Source: Cetorhinus maximus
Taxonomy: Eukaryota
DNA: 64,000 nucleotides
Assembly (NCBI RefSeq): GCF_964194155.1
Contig: NC_135895.1
Span: 20,956,001-21,020,000 of the forward strand
Reading direction: 5' to 3'
Part shown: in pieces, positions 13,253-25,319 of the stretch
Layout of the letters: each line of letters opens with the position of its first letter
Position numbering within the stretch: position 1 is the stretch's first letter
Notes under the pieces: generated by a model
Told to the model about the DNA's origin: nothing
Databases searched by the model: none
Seen by the model: only the letters and a program-made list of their open reading frames with translations
Made by a program: the position numbers and the translations under genes

Positions 13253-14408
13253 CACAAAAATGAACCATACACAAAGACATTTATGCCAAAGAAAATGGCA
13301 ATAAATACAAAAATGAGGAGAGAATTCCTACATGGATAAAATATGGCACATAAGTAAAATACATTTAATCTAGAGCAAAAATGGATAAAAGCACTGCATT
13401 TTGTAAAGTCCCTTTTTAGTACAGATATTTATTCAATCGTTTCAGTCACTTCATTTGGTTAATGTAATGAAAAGAATGATTTCAGTTTTCAATCACAAGT
13501 TTTTGCCTCTTTGCACATACAACATCCCCAATAATTCTAAACAATGCATTACATCAAAGTGTATTGTTTTAAACTTATTACCCTACATATTGCATAACTA
13601 GTTTCATTGTTTTAACAGTTCAGGATGTAAAGGTTTAAGGCATGGTTGACTATTTAAGATTTGTGCCCCAGTACTTTCGCTTTGGGCCCCATAACACAGT
13701 AATGTGGAACTGCCCCTTTTCTTACTTGTAGCTGTCGTGGGCCATTTCATTTCTAACCTTAGAAGAGCCGTTATCCAGGAATAAGGTTTCTTCATAGTTT
13801 TGTGTTCACTTTAGGTTGTGTATTTGAAAAGGCATTGGTTCCATACAAAATGGTTATGAAAGTTAGAACAAAAATCTTAAGACTAAAGGATATGACAACT
13901 GGCTAGCTGTAGATGCACATTTACACTGGTTTCAGCTCTTAACATTTGTCACTACATCATAGCTGACAGCAACTTGGTGCGGCAAACATGCGTTGTGTTT
14001 GTTTAAAGAAAAATACCAAGTCCTATTTTAGCAATATTTCTGGCAGCCTCCCAAAATCCAATCAACCATGCTATGTGAGAAGGAGGCAATTAAAGTCAAA
14101 AACAACAACTTTTAAACGGTGGGAAGGCACCAGGCACAATTTCTAAAAATGTTTTTCGTTTATTTTTCTTTCAAGTCAAAGTGAAACTGAATTATCTCCA
14201 GTACATAAAAAATGGTAATTACTGCTACCAGCAAGTGGCAATAAAGAATAGAAAAGCAAGACAGCAAAATACTGATTTTATGGATTAGCTGTGCACGGAA
14301 AAGGCAGCAATCCAATCTTTTGGACCTTTAAATTCATGGAAGACTGTGTAGCAAAATCAAAGCTGTCTAGCTAGTTCACGAAGGCGTATTGGATCATAAT
14401 ACTGCTCA

Positions 14409-14762
14409 TTAATAATCAACACCATGATCGGAATATTCACCACGGTAATCTCCTTGGTACTCATCCTGATACTCCAGGGGATAGTCGTCAGGGTATTCAC
14501 CTGGATATTCACCTTGGTAATCTCCATCACTGTATTCTGAACCATTTGTTCCCTGGCTTCCATTGTGGATTATAGGCTCAGTTGGGGTGGCACAATATTT
14601 GGAGTCATACACCTGCCGTCCAAGACCATATACAGTCATGCCTGTTTGAGACGCCCCTTTATTAGTGCCCATCTGCAGCGATATAGTCGAAGTGTCACAT
14701 TTCTCTGTCGACACTTTCTGATCGTAGATGTGCCTTCTGGTACCTGGGGCTGTCATACCAGC
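14409..14762 (-). CDS. CNN3: Calponin-3 exon 7 coding part (third CLIK23 repeat and acidic tail)
   Basis: ctctctag|GCT GGT ATG; [16 protein letters not shown]...[24 protein letters not shown]...EYSDHGVDY*; the acidic Tyr-rich tail is diagnostic of CNN3. Confidence 0.97.
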   Translation of the reverse strand, partial: AGMTAPGTRRHIYDQKVSTEKCDTSTISLQMGTNKGASQTGMTVYGLGRQVYDSKYCATPTEPIIHNGSQGTNGSEYSDGDYQGEYPGEYPDDYPLEYQDEYQGDYRGEYSDHGVDY

Positions 14763-16681
14763 CTAGAGAGAGCAGGAGGGGATAGGAATATGCACGTGAA
14801 CAGAGTTTTAATACAGGTATGAAATGGGTGATAATGTGTGTCTGAAATAGTGACTAACATTTTGGGGAAAAAAAAAGTATGAAAAAGGTGATTGCCAAAA
14901 CCTGAAACACAACCTCCAGCTTTTATCTAAATCCCAAAGTTAGGTTCATTAAAGGCAGAGTCTTCCACCACCCACTGCTCTTCATAAATGGCTCAATAAA
15001 ACATTGTACAAAGACTACTGAATATAACCAGGACAAGATGATGAATGTAGGCCACTGTTTGGAGTTCAGGACGGAGCTATATTATATATGTGAGTAATCC
15101 ACACAAACAGACTGAGCACAGCACCACAGTCACTGGAGTCTGTCACACATTCATTAAAATCCAAGGATTCAAATGTCTTGCAGTGTGGGGAGCCATGATG
15201 ACTCTTAGGATAGCAGAGCGTGGGAAATTCGAAACTGTTGTTCAAAAGGAGCTGAGAAGTTTGTTAAAAATGCATGCTCCAATCTCAGCAGCCCATTTCT
15301 TTGCAGGCACCAAAGAAGCTGGGGTGGGAGGAGAAGATGTGGATCAGGAAAACATGAGGCCCCAGTTAACTGCAAACATCCTAAGCAGCACCGTCAGCCA
15401 CCTGAGACAGACTGGCCATTGAACAGGTATAGATGTTCACGTCCTGTACGTCCTGTTCACTCACCAGCTGGAGGCCGACTAGGCCATAAAGACTAACTAA
15501 ATGTTTACAGGTAGATGCCAAGTCCCTTCAGTATCAGTATTTAGTAAACACCCAGATGGCTCCTTTCAGTGAAGGAAAATTAAAGCCATCTCCACAGATT
15601 GCCCAATCCATACCATTCACTGGGACATTAAGTTTCTAATGTAACTGTTGTACCACATGACTTGTCCTTCAAAATATCTCAGCTAAGATGACAAATCTAA
15701 TTAGTTCCACATGTTGCACTCATGTAAACTGCAACTCTGACCATATAGATGAAATCAGGATTTTTTGGGAGGCTAGACGTCAGGCGAGAACTACACATGG
15801 ATCGTTTTACAGTTTTAAGAATTAGGTTGACTTTCTTCTGCATAACAGAATGCCAACATATCAAGATCCCAGAATATCAAAATATTTAAGAAATATAAGA
15901 ACATATGAAATAGGAACAGGGGACGACCATTCAGCCCCTCGAGGCTGCTCCAACTTTCAATAAGATCATGGCTGATGATCTTGTGTTTCGATTTCCACGT
16001 TCCCATCTAATAATTTGATTTAGCAAACAGCGTTTACATCGCCTTTAGCTGCCCGATTGCTCAAGTCCCAATTTTTCTGCAGACTTTCACCACTCAGTTT
16101 AGCTGTAATCAGGACAATGTGTGACGTGAGGTGCTGTGGGCAACCCTATTGATCATGAAGGAAGAAACCAACAGCTCACTGTCCAGATGTGCTTTGCTCC
16201 ACTGACCTGAACAGTTTAAAATTAGACTGTGAATTCAAGAGCCAGCAAGTGGAGCAAAGCGTGTAAATCCAGCTATTTCCTATATTAGCATGTAACTTCC
16301 TGCTTGCTCAGTTGGGTGGCATGGGGAAGTCTCTGGAGCCATCAGGATTTGGAGCTCAGCAGCTTTGCTTTTTTTTAAAAATTACACACTACTTACAGCA
16401 CTCAGAGCAGTGAAAGATTCTTACTCAGCCTCCAATATCAATGCCATCATCCTTCATCAGAGCCCTTAGTTTTATCATGGGGGAAGCAGGGGAAAGAGTG
16501 TGGAACTGATAAGCAGTTGATTATGGGCAGTAACTGAGCAGATTACAGAAAGTTTTGTAACAAAGGGAGGTGGATACACCATACTACTGAAAATTAGTTA
16601 CCCTTGCATGGGTTTCAGCTGGGAAAGATCACATCTAAGTCTAATTGCAATGTGTTAAGACACACACACTGGATTGCTTAC

Positions 16682-16828
16682 CTGACTGGCACCTTTGTTA
16701 GTTCCCATCTGGAGACTTATGGTTGTTTGATCATAAGGTTTCTCGGTGTGAGTCTTCGGATCATAAAGGTGTCTTCTAGTCCCATAGGCAGTCATACCTG
16801 CTTGGCTGGCACACTTGTTGGTCCCCAT
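16682..16828 (-). CDS. CNN3: Calponin-3 exon 6 (CLIK23 repeats)
   Basis: tttcag|ATG...CAG|gtaag; 147 nt; [49 protein letters not shown]. Confidence 0.97.
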
Positions 16829-17736
16829 CTGAAATTAAATGAATTTCCTTTACAGCAACATCCAAATGCCAGCTAAGGACAGGTGACCCAATACAAAAGA
16901 ATACCATCAATTTCTCAGTTGAATTCAGACAGCATTAAATCTGGCTAGTGGCGTTTCAGAAGACCATGGCCAGGATTTAATCAGGCCAAAGGTGGGGGTC
17001 TCGCTCACTGATCAGAGAACCAGCAGTGAACACCCCATACTAGTTTCGTGGATGGAATCAAGTACCCTTCAGGCACTTTTAAGTCGCCACCAGCAGGCCT
17101 TTCCCGAGGTCCCTGATGGCAAATGTCCCACCCGCTGAGAGCTGCCAGCCAATTTCAGAGGCCGGCACCAGTGGAAGCAGTGGTTGTTGGTGTCAGTGCA
17201 TTCACCAGAGGTCCAGGTCATCATTGGCCGCAGGCCAAAAGGCGAGCGAGGGCAGCATGAGAATTAGCAAGGGTGGGGGGGGGGGGGGGGGGGGGGGTGG
17301 CTTTCAGCAGCTCTCCCCCTGCTTGATGCCAGGTTCCTTGACCAGGCAGAGAGTGATTGACTAGAAAAACTGAGGAAACACATTCTAAATACTGTGCGTT
17401 GTAGCGACTGGAAGCCAGAAGCCATCTGATCAGGAAGCCAGTAATAACAACCATTTGACAATTATACCATTTCATGCCAATATCAAATGCAGCTGTCACT
17501 CATTCTGTTTACAATATTCTTGTTCCATTTTCAAGAAAATTAGGATTTTATTCCCTGTATCAAGATATAATAATGAAAAACTAAAAAAATAAAATGCAGC
17601 AGGTACAAATTAGTTTCATCAACAAAATCAAAATCTCATTTCTAGAATGACCTCAGTCTCCAGTTAACAATTAGTGTTGGGAAGGAGAGAAATACCTCAC
17701 CAATTGAAAATAATTTGAAAAATAAGTCATGGCTAC

Positions 17737-17853
17737 CTGAAGCCCAATGACACTTTGTCCAGCCTTCAGTTTTTCCTCCTTGAAGTGCCTTTCCTGTTTA
17801 TCTGCATACTTAACGCCAATATCCATTCTTGTGTGATAGCCTTTAGTTTTTGC
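17737..17853 (-). CDS. CNN3: Calponin-3 exon 5
   Basis: ggacag|GCA...CAG|gtagcc; 117 nt; AKTKGYHTRMDIGVKYADKQERHFKEEKLKAGQSVIGLQ. Confidence 0.96.
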
Positions 17854-18354
17854 CTGTCCAAAAGAAATCAAGTATAGCAACAGTGAATGAAAACCACTGT
17901 AACTGAAGGAAACCAACAGTTCAGGCAGTGTTTCCTCTGGAATAAATATAGAAAAGTAACTTACAAAGATTAACAGCAAAACTACACATGGAACACAGAG
18001 ACTAAATAAAAGCAGGAATGGAGACAAAATGCAATTCTGCAAAAGTAGTTGCCAAGGAACTGCTTTAGAATCTGCAAGTTAATTCCAGCAATCAGAAATA
18101 TTTCTAGTACGTAAATCAAAATTTACTTGTCTTGGTACAATCAAAATCAATCTTTTGAATTCCCCCCCCAACCGCCCCCCGGTGCTATCTACCACCACAT
18201 TCCATCTTCAATTTTCAGCACTTAAGGGAGCAATATTGTTGTCTTTGCTAATTTTTCTTAGCAAAAAGAAAACCAAATCCAACTTTTTCATTTAAACCAT
18301 GAAGGTGAGAATTACATGGCATAAACTTACTTTAAACATTTGCATTCATTTGCT

Positions 18355-19269
18355 AAAAACAAAATACTGTGGATGTTGGAAATCTGAAATAAAAACAGAA
18401 AATGCTGAAAAATCTCAGCAGGTCTTACAGCATCTGTGGAGAGAGAAACATAGTTAACGTTTCGAGTCCATATGACTCTTCTTCAGAGCTAAAGAGAAGT
18501 AAAAATGTGCTTAAATTTATACTGTTTAAAGCGGGGTATAGCAGGATAGAAGGTCAGTGATAGGTGGGGCTAAGGAGGGATTGATAAAGATGTTATGGAC
18601 ACAAGACAAAGGGAGTATTAATGGTAGGGGTAAGGACTAAAGGAGGTGCTGATAGTGGCATAAAGAAAGCAAAATGTGAGAGTAGCAGCAGAACAAGGGT
18701 CAGCACTCAAAAGAACAACATAGAACAAAACCATGGCTGCTTTTGGGGGTGGGGTGGGGTGGTTGGGGAAAAAGGTGTTAAAAGGATAAAGGAGATAAAA
18801 AAAATGAATAAAATAAAAAGCAAATAAGTGTTTACTTATTTTTTATTCATTGTTTTATCCCCCTTTCTATCCTTTTTCCCCCCAACCACCACCCCCTCCC
18901 CCCACCCTACCCCCTAAAAGGGCCATCTGTTACTTGTTTCATGTTGTTCTTTCAAAGAGTGCTGACCCTTGTTCTGTTATTCACACATTCTTTCTTACCT
19001 TTATGCCACTATCAGCACATCCTTTATCCCTTACCACTAACATGAACACTCCCCCTTTGTCATGTTCATGACATCTTTGTCAATCTCTCCTTAGCCCCCA
19101 CCTATCACTGACCTTCTATCCTGCTTTACCTGCTCCACCCCCTCCCCAAACAGTATAACATCCACATTTCTACTTCTCTTCGGCTCTGAAGAGTCACATA
19201 GACTCAAAATGTTAACTGTTCTCTCTCCACAGATGCTGTCAGACCTGCTGGGTTTTTCCTTTTGTTTTT
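18355..19269. mobile_element. Fold-back non-coding Penelope derivative (two inverted terminal regions)
   Basis: About 18400-18830 is the approximate reverse complement of about 18845-19269; both arms match PLE 3' ends; 7-bp TSD ATTTGCT at 18348-18354 and 19270-19276. Confidence 0.85.
18452..18490 (-). ncRNA. Minimal type I hammerhead ribozyme motif (PLE-associated)
   Basis: Minus strand: AGCU CUGAAGA A GAGUC-auaug-GACUC GAAAC GUU AACU; conserved CUGANGA and GAAA boxes, 5-bp stem II, palindromic minimal stem III. Confidence 0.75.
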
Positions 19270-19829
19270 ATTTGCTGCTTCCCTCATCTTACATGGAATT
19301 TACAGCACAAACAGGCCAATCTGCCCACCTGATCCATGCTGTTTAATGTTCCATTCAAGCCTCCCTCTCATCCTATTTCATTTACTCTATCTACCCGTCT
19401 TTTTTTCCTTTCTGCATTATGTACTCAGCTAGCTTTCCCTTAAAGGCTAAATACTATTTGCCTTAGCTACTACTCCACGTGGTAGCAAATGCCACATTTT
19501 AACCACTCTGGTAAAGAAATTTCTCCTGAATTTCCTATTGGATTTATTAATGACTCTCTCATATTTATAACCTTGAGTTTTGGACTCTTCCCCCACTCGA
19601 AAATTTCTTCTCTATGTACACTCTACTGAACAGCATCATAATTTGAGAGACCTTTACTAGGTCACTCCTCAGTCATCTTTTCTGGAGACAACAGTCCCAG
19701 CCTGCTAAGTTGTTTCTGAATATTATAACCTCATTTCTGGGATCATCCCTGTAAACCTGGTTGGCTCCTTCTGCAGTGTCTCCATCTTTTTTGTAATATG
19801 GAGACCAGAACTGTGTACACACAGTGCTT

Positions 19830-22800
19830 GCATGGATTGCCACCTTGGCATGGTGGAGAGGCCTGTGCTCCAACGATCCCTTGAGCAATGCCGTCGGGAG
19901 CTCCTTGCTCCTGACAGGGCTACCCATGGAGGCAAGGTTGGGGTAGTGCCAAGCAAAGTGCAGTCCAAAAAGTCCTCAAAAGGCAGAACAGGCGAAGGAA
20001 GACTGTGCGTCTCACCGGCTGTGAAGGCAGTAGGCAGCTGCTGAGAGGTGGTGGTCCCGGTCATCGTGATTTGACATGTCTGACCACCAACCTGTCAAGA
20101 TCGTGGGGACAATGGTGACCTGCCCCAAGTTGCCCATGTTAAACAAAGTCACACCAGGGTCCATTTGCCAAGGCCTGTGGCGATGGAGAACTGGCAAGGC
20201 AGGGCTCTAAACCTGGGAGTCCCTGGTCAAGAACCCACACACAGGCGACAGATGCATGAAGGTGGTTGGACACCTGTGTTGGGACAGAGGTATCTGTGAC
20301 TGAGCAGTCCCCTTCAGGATACCTTCTGCTCACCCCAAATGGGGGAGGGGCTAGAAAAAGTACCCTAAAAATATGCTGTCCCACCTTCTCCTGGCTGGGG
20401 AACCACACCCTGCAGGATCACCAACTTTGTGGTCAAGGAAGGAAAGCTTTGAATTTTGTAACTTGGAATGTTAGAACACGTGGACAATTTCAAGAGTGAC
20501 CATCTGGAAAGAACTGTGATCATATCACGTGAACTAGCAAATTGACATCACTGCCCTCAGTGAGATCCGCCTTCCTGGGGGCAACTAATGAAACAAGCAG
20601 GGCAATGTACCTTCTACTGGAAAAGAAACACTGACAGTGACCCTCGTGCCCATAGGGTTGATTTTTGCCATCTGGAAAAAGGATCCTGGATGCACTGCCA
20701 AAATTTCGCAACTTTATAAACCAGAGACTCATGACACTTCACCTATAGCTCAGCTGTAACCAATATGCCACCGTCATCAGCGTCTCTGCCCTGACTCTCG
20801 GCTCCAATGAAGATGTTAAGGAAAAGTTCTATTCTGACCTTGATGTCCTCACTGCCATCCCAAAAAGGTAAAACCACGCAGCTGGGAGACTTTAATGCCA
20901 GCGTTGGCTGTGACTCTGATGGAGAGGAGCCATTGGATTTTCCCATGCTGCTTTTCCCCCAATGCAAATGGTGCCTTCCTGCTGACAAAGTGTGTGTTCA
21001 GCATGGTCTCAGTGTAACAAACACACTCTTTCACCAGAAGAAAAAATACAAAACCAAAGGCATCCTGGATCAAAGCACTGGCACCCTCTGCAACTCACCA
21101 GGGATCCTTCGAAAGCACCTGCCAAACCCACGACCTCAACACCTAGAATAACAAGGGCAGCAGATGCATGGGAACATCACCACCTACAAGTGGCCCTCCA
21201 AACCACACACCATCCTGACTTGGAATTACAATTGCTGTTCCTGCCCTGTCACTGGGTCAAAATCCTGGAACTTTCTAACAGCACGGTGGGTGTTCCTACA
21301 CCACATGGACTGCAGCAGTTCAAGAAGTCGGCTCACCACCACCTTCAAGGGCAATTATGGATGGACTAGCCAGCGATGTCCACATCCTGTGAAAGAATAA
21401 AAACGTCATTACTTGATCAAAACAATATCTGTGTCTCATGATCCATGTAGGGGACTGATACCTGCAGACAGGTCGACTTGTTCAATAGGTGTTAAACCTC
21501 CACCCAGCACCAAGACATCAAGAACTAAAAGTCCAAGAGGAAGACGGTCAGGCTGCTTGATCAAAAGGGAGGAGCTCCAAGTGCAGCTGACAGCCAATTT
21601 GGAAAATCTTCACACACCCAACTCAATTTCAGAAGTGGGATCAAATAAAGTCAGCTGTATTAGACTCGTGTCCAGACTATTAGGTTCAAGCATCTTCATC
21701 ATCAGGACTGTTCCACAAAAATTATGCAGAAACATGTGACCACCTGGAAGAAAAACAAGCAGCCTTCATCACCTGGCAAAACAATCCCAAGTCAAGAAAG
21801 TAGCATGCCAACAGCTCATGGCTGACACCCAAAGACAAATCTGGAAGATAAAGGGCATATGCCAGGAAGAGAAAAAAAGAGATCAAAAGATACACCGACT
21901 GTCATGATATGTGAACATTTTTTTAAAAAAAACACCAGGGCCAACTGCAGACCAAGGTCAAATGAACAAATTCCCCTTCTCTCAAGGGTGTCTCTCCTCT
22001 TAAAGATAACAATGCCATCCATCAATGCTAGAAAGAATATTTCCAACAACTCAACCATGAATCCACAGTGGCAGCTGATACTCTCCAGGCTATCCCCCTA
22101 TCCCCCAGCACCCTGTGGTAGAATCCATGGGTGAGCCACCTTCAATGGGAAATCGTGCCATGGAAACTATCGAGCTATTTCCCTATTTGTCCATAGCAGG
22201 CAAAATCCTGACACTGCTCCTCCTGAATTGCCTATTTCCTGTGGCTGAGGAGATCCTCTGAGAGAAAGATAGTGTGTGGTTTTCGACCATCCAGAGGAAC
22301 CTCTGACGTGGTCTCTGTAGCCAGACAAATCCAAGAAAAATATGTCGTCGAGGACACCACCATGAACTCTTCATTACATTCACTGATCCGAGCAAAGCAT
22401 CTGACTCAGTAAAGCGTGAGGCTCTGGATTGTGCTCCAGAGATTTGAATGTCCAAAGAAATTTAATCACAAACCTGCAAATGCTTCATGAAAGGACTGCC
22501 ATCGGCTTGTATGGGAGATCTGAAACAGGCACCTCCAAAATCCAGACTGGTGTCAAGCAGGGCTGAGATATAACTCCCATACTATTTACAATCTACCTGA
22601 CAATGGCTATTCATCTCAACAGTCAATTGCCCTCTGGCATCAGTATTAAACACCACCTAGATGGAAACTCTAGCCTCAATCACCTCAGTGCCAAAACTAA
22701 ACTGACAACCATAGACATGTATGATCTACAGTTTGCAGATGACTGCAGTGACATTGTCCACTCTGCACCAGATTTGAAAACCACTCTCAAATCTCTTCAG

Positions 22801-23363
22801 TTCTGCGTACAAGTGACTCAGCCAGCCCTTGAATGTTGCCAGATTCAAATGCTCATATCAACCCTGACCCGATCAGTCAAATATTCCGCCTCTCATATGT
22901 TGGAAGGGGAAACTCTGAAACATTTTGAGCACTGCCCATACCTTGGCAGCCACCTCTCTCAAAAAGTTACTATTAATGAGGAGGTCCAACACCAGGCCAG
23001 CTGCATCAGCTCAGTCTTCTACAGCATTGAGTATTTCACAATGAAGACCTTCTGCAAGTCATCAAAAGTCCTAGTGTACAAAGCAGTTGTGTCAGCACAC
23101 ACCTGTACTGCGCTAGCGCACTTCCACCAGCATTGCCTCTGTCGCACCCACTGGATGCAATCGGTGGAACATCCCACCCGCCAGGGCCCGTTGTGTACAC
23201 GCACGAACAACTACAGTTTAGTGGGCCTTGGGCTTTCTGCGCATGCACCAACCAGGAAATTGCCACACATGCACAGTTCACTGATTTCTTGAGACAGGAA
23301 CCAGCTCTGCACACATTTGCAGTATACAAAGAAATGAAACGAGGGACAGCCAATGCTGACAAG
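19830..23363 (+). mobile_element. RTE-clade LINE, both ends present, decayed
   Basis: APE motifs TWNVRT (20461) and LGDFNA, RT motif DLQFADD (about 22725) and PYLGSHLS; RTE-type 5' leader and 3' end (cgagggacagccaatg); AGTGCTT duplication at 19823-19829 and 23364-23370 splitting a CR1 relic. Confidence 0.85.
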
Positions 23364-24884
23364 AGTGCTTAGGTGTGGTCTAACCAAAATTCTACACAAG
23401 TTTAACATTAAATGCAGAGAAGTTAATTCTATTCCTCTAGAATTGAACCATAGTGCTGTTTATAACTTTATGGTCTTGTTAATTTGCACTGCTACTTTTA
23501 ATGAATTGCGATGTGTAACCTAGACCTCATTTTGCTCATCCACACCACTTAGACTCCTGTGTTTCAAGGACTGTGAAACCTCCTACTAAAATCGCACTAA
23601 TTTGCCATTCACACACCCATTCTGAAAGTTGTCGTCCTGTATTTGAATTCAGTCCAAAGTAACTGTACAACCCAACTTGGTGCCATGTGCAAAATTTGAA
23701 ATTGTATTTCCAAATCCTGAATCCAAATCATTGTGAACGGTGAACAGCAGTGGTCCTCACGTCAACCTCTTTAGAACGACAACTTCTCACGTTCTGTCAG
23801 TCTAATCAACATTTCCTGAAGCATTTTTAAATTCAGACATTTTCAATCCGTCTTAGTTTAAGTCTTTCAAGCAACTGAGCATATTTTGGCTTCACTTAGC
23901 CACTTACTGTTGACTAAGTACAACAGATCTATACAAAAGTTCAGCATTTCTTCAGAGCAGCTACTGTCTGTCCACACCTGATCCAATGTTTTCCAATAGC
24001 CATTCTTTTCACGTTCATTCTAATTGTAACTTCATTCAAGTGTTTTGGTACTCTTTTCCTACAATAATCAATGCCAAAGTTGAGCAAAATGACTAAAAGA
24101 TTAAATGATTTAAAACCCATAGCAGCCTGGCTCTTTAAAATACCACAATGCAAAGAGTGAGGTGGGAAAATTAAAACCAAATAAATGCAAAGCAAAACCA
24201 CTACCACTTAGCGGGGAAGACTGGAAGGGGATGGTGGGGGAGGAAAGTGTGTAGCGACAGAGGGCAATGGTACACATTCCAGATTTTGATCCATCTGAAG
24301 ATAAGCAATTTTGATTTTGCTGTTGAATATTCAAGAACTACCAGCACAGAAAAAGAATTTGAGAAAATATGAAACAGGCAAGGAAGGGGAGGAAAAGAGA
24401 GATCAGCAGAACAAAAACCAGGTGGACCAGAGAGTGAACACTCATCCATATGTAAGGAATGGGCATTCCAAAATAATTCAAGATTCATCTAGGACATGCA
24501 GATTGATGTATGATGGTGAAAGTTGTGTTTTAACCTTAGCATACTTGGTCAAATTTAATAGCTTTCATAGATGGAGCCTCCATTGATTTGGAGAACACTT
24601 TGTAAGTTAATGATGCATAACAGGAGTTTCGACAGTGCCAAAGAGTCAAAGAAAGGATTACTGGCCACAGGTACAGGAGAAACACATTTTCAGAGTATCT
24701 CATGCTTTTGAGTGTGCAATGGGGGTGAAATCAGGAGGTGATGCTGGTGTAATTTCCAAAATCCATGTTCAATTGGAAACCATAGAAAAGAAAAATAAAG
24801 GTGATTTGTGTAGTGGTTGGCACACAATGATGACGACAAAAGACCTGCAAATGTCAGCATCAGAGCATTGCCTTATGGTGTAAT

Positions 24885-25318
24885 TTTTTTCTCCATGGGG
24901 TGCGAGCATCATTGGGAAGGCCAGCACTTATTGCCCATCCGTAAATGCCCTCAAGGGTTATGGTGGTGAGCAGCATTCTTAAACCGCTGCAGTCCATGTG
25001 GCGTAGGTACACTACAGTGCTATTCGGAAGGGATTTTGAGCCAGCGACAGTGAAAGAACGATGATATAGTTCCAAGTTAGGATGGTGTGCAGCTTGGAGC
25101 GGAACTTACAGGTGATGTTCCCATGCACTGGGTACATTTGTCCTTCTAGGCGGTAGAGATTGCGGGTTTGGAAGGTGCTGAAGGAAGCTTGGTGAGTTGC
25201 TGCAGTGCATCTTGTACATAGTATACACTGCTGCTGCAGTGCAGAGTAGTGGTGGGAGTGAATATTTAAGGTGGTATATGGGGTGCCAATCAAGTGGGCT
25301 GCTTGTCTTGGAAGATGC
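24885..25318 (-). mobile_element. 3' fragment of the CR1-group LINE
   Basis: Matches 56260-56680; other fragments at about 21082-21403 (+, inside the RTE) and about 9790-10135 (+). Confidence 0.82.
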
Positions 25319-25319
25319 T

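Noticed and set aside
17276-17297. Long G-run as a G-quadruplex element
   Set aside because: Homopolymer inside a repeat relic; similar runs at about 38993, 44944 and 54693; length is error-prone in assemblies.
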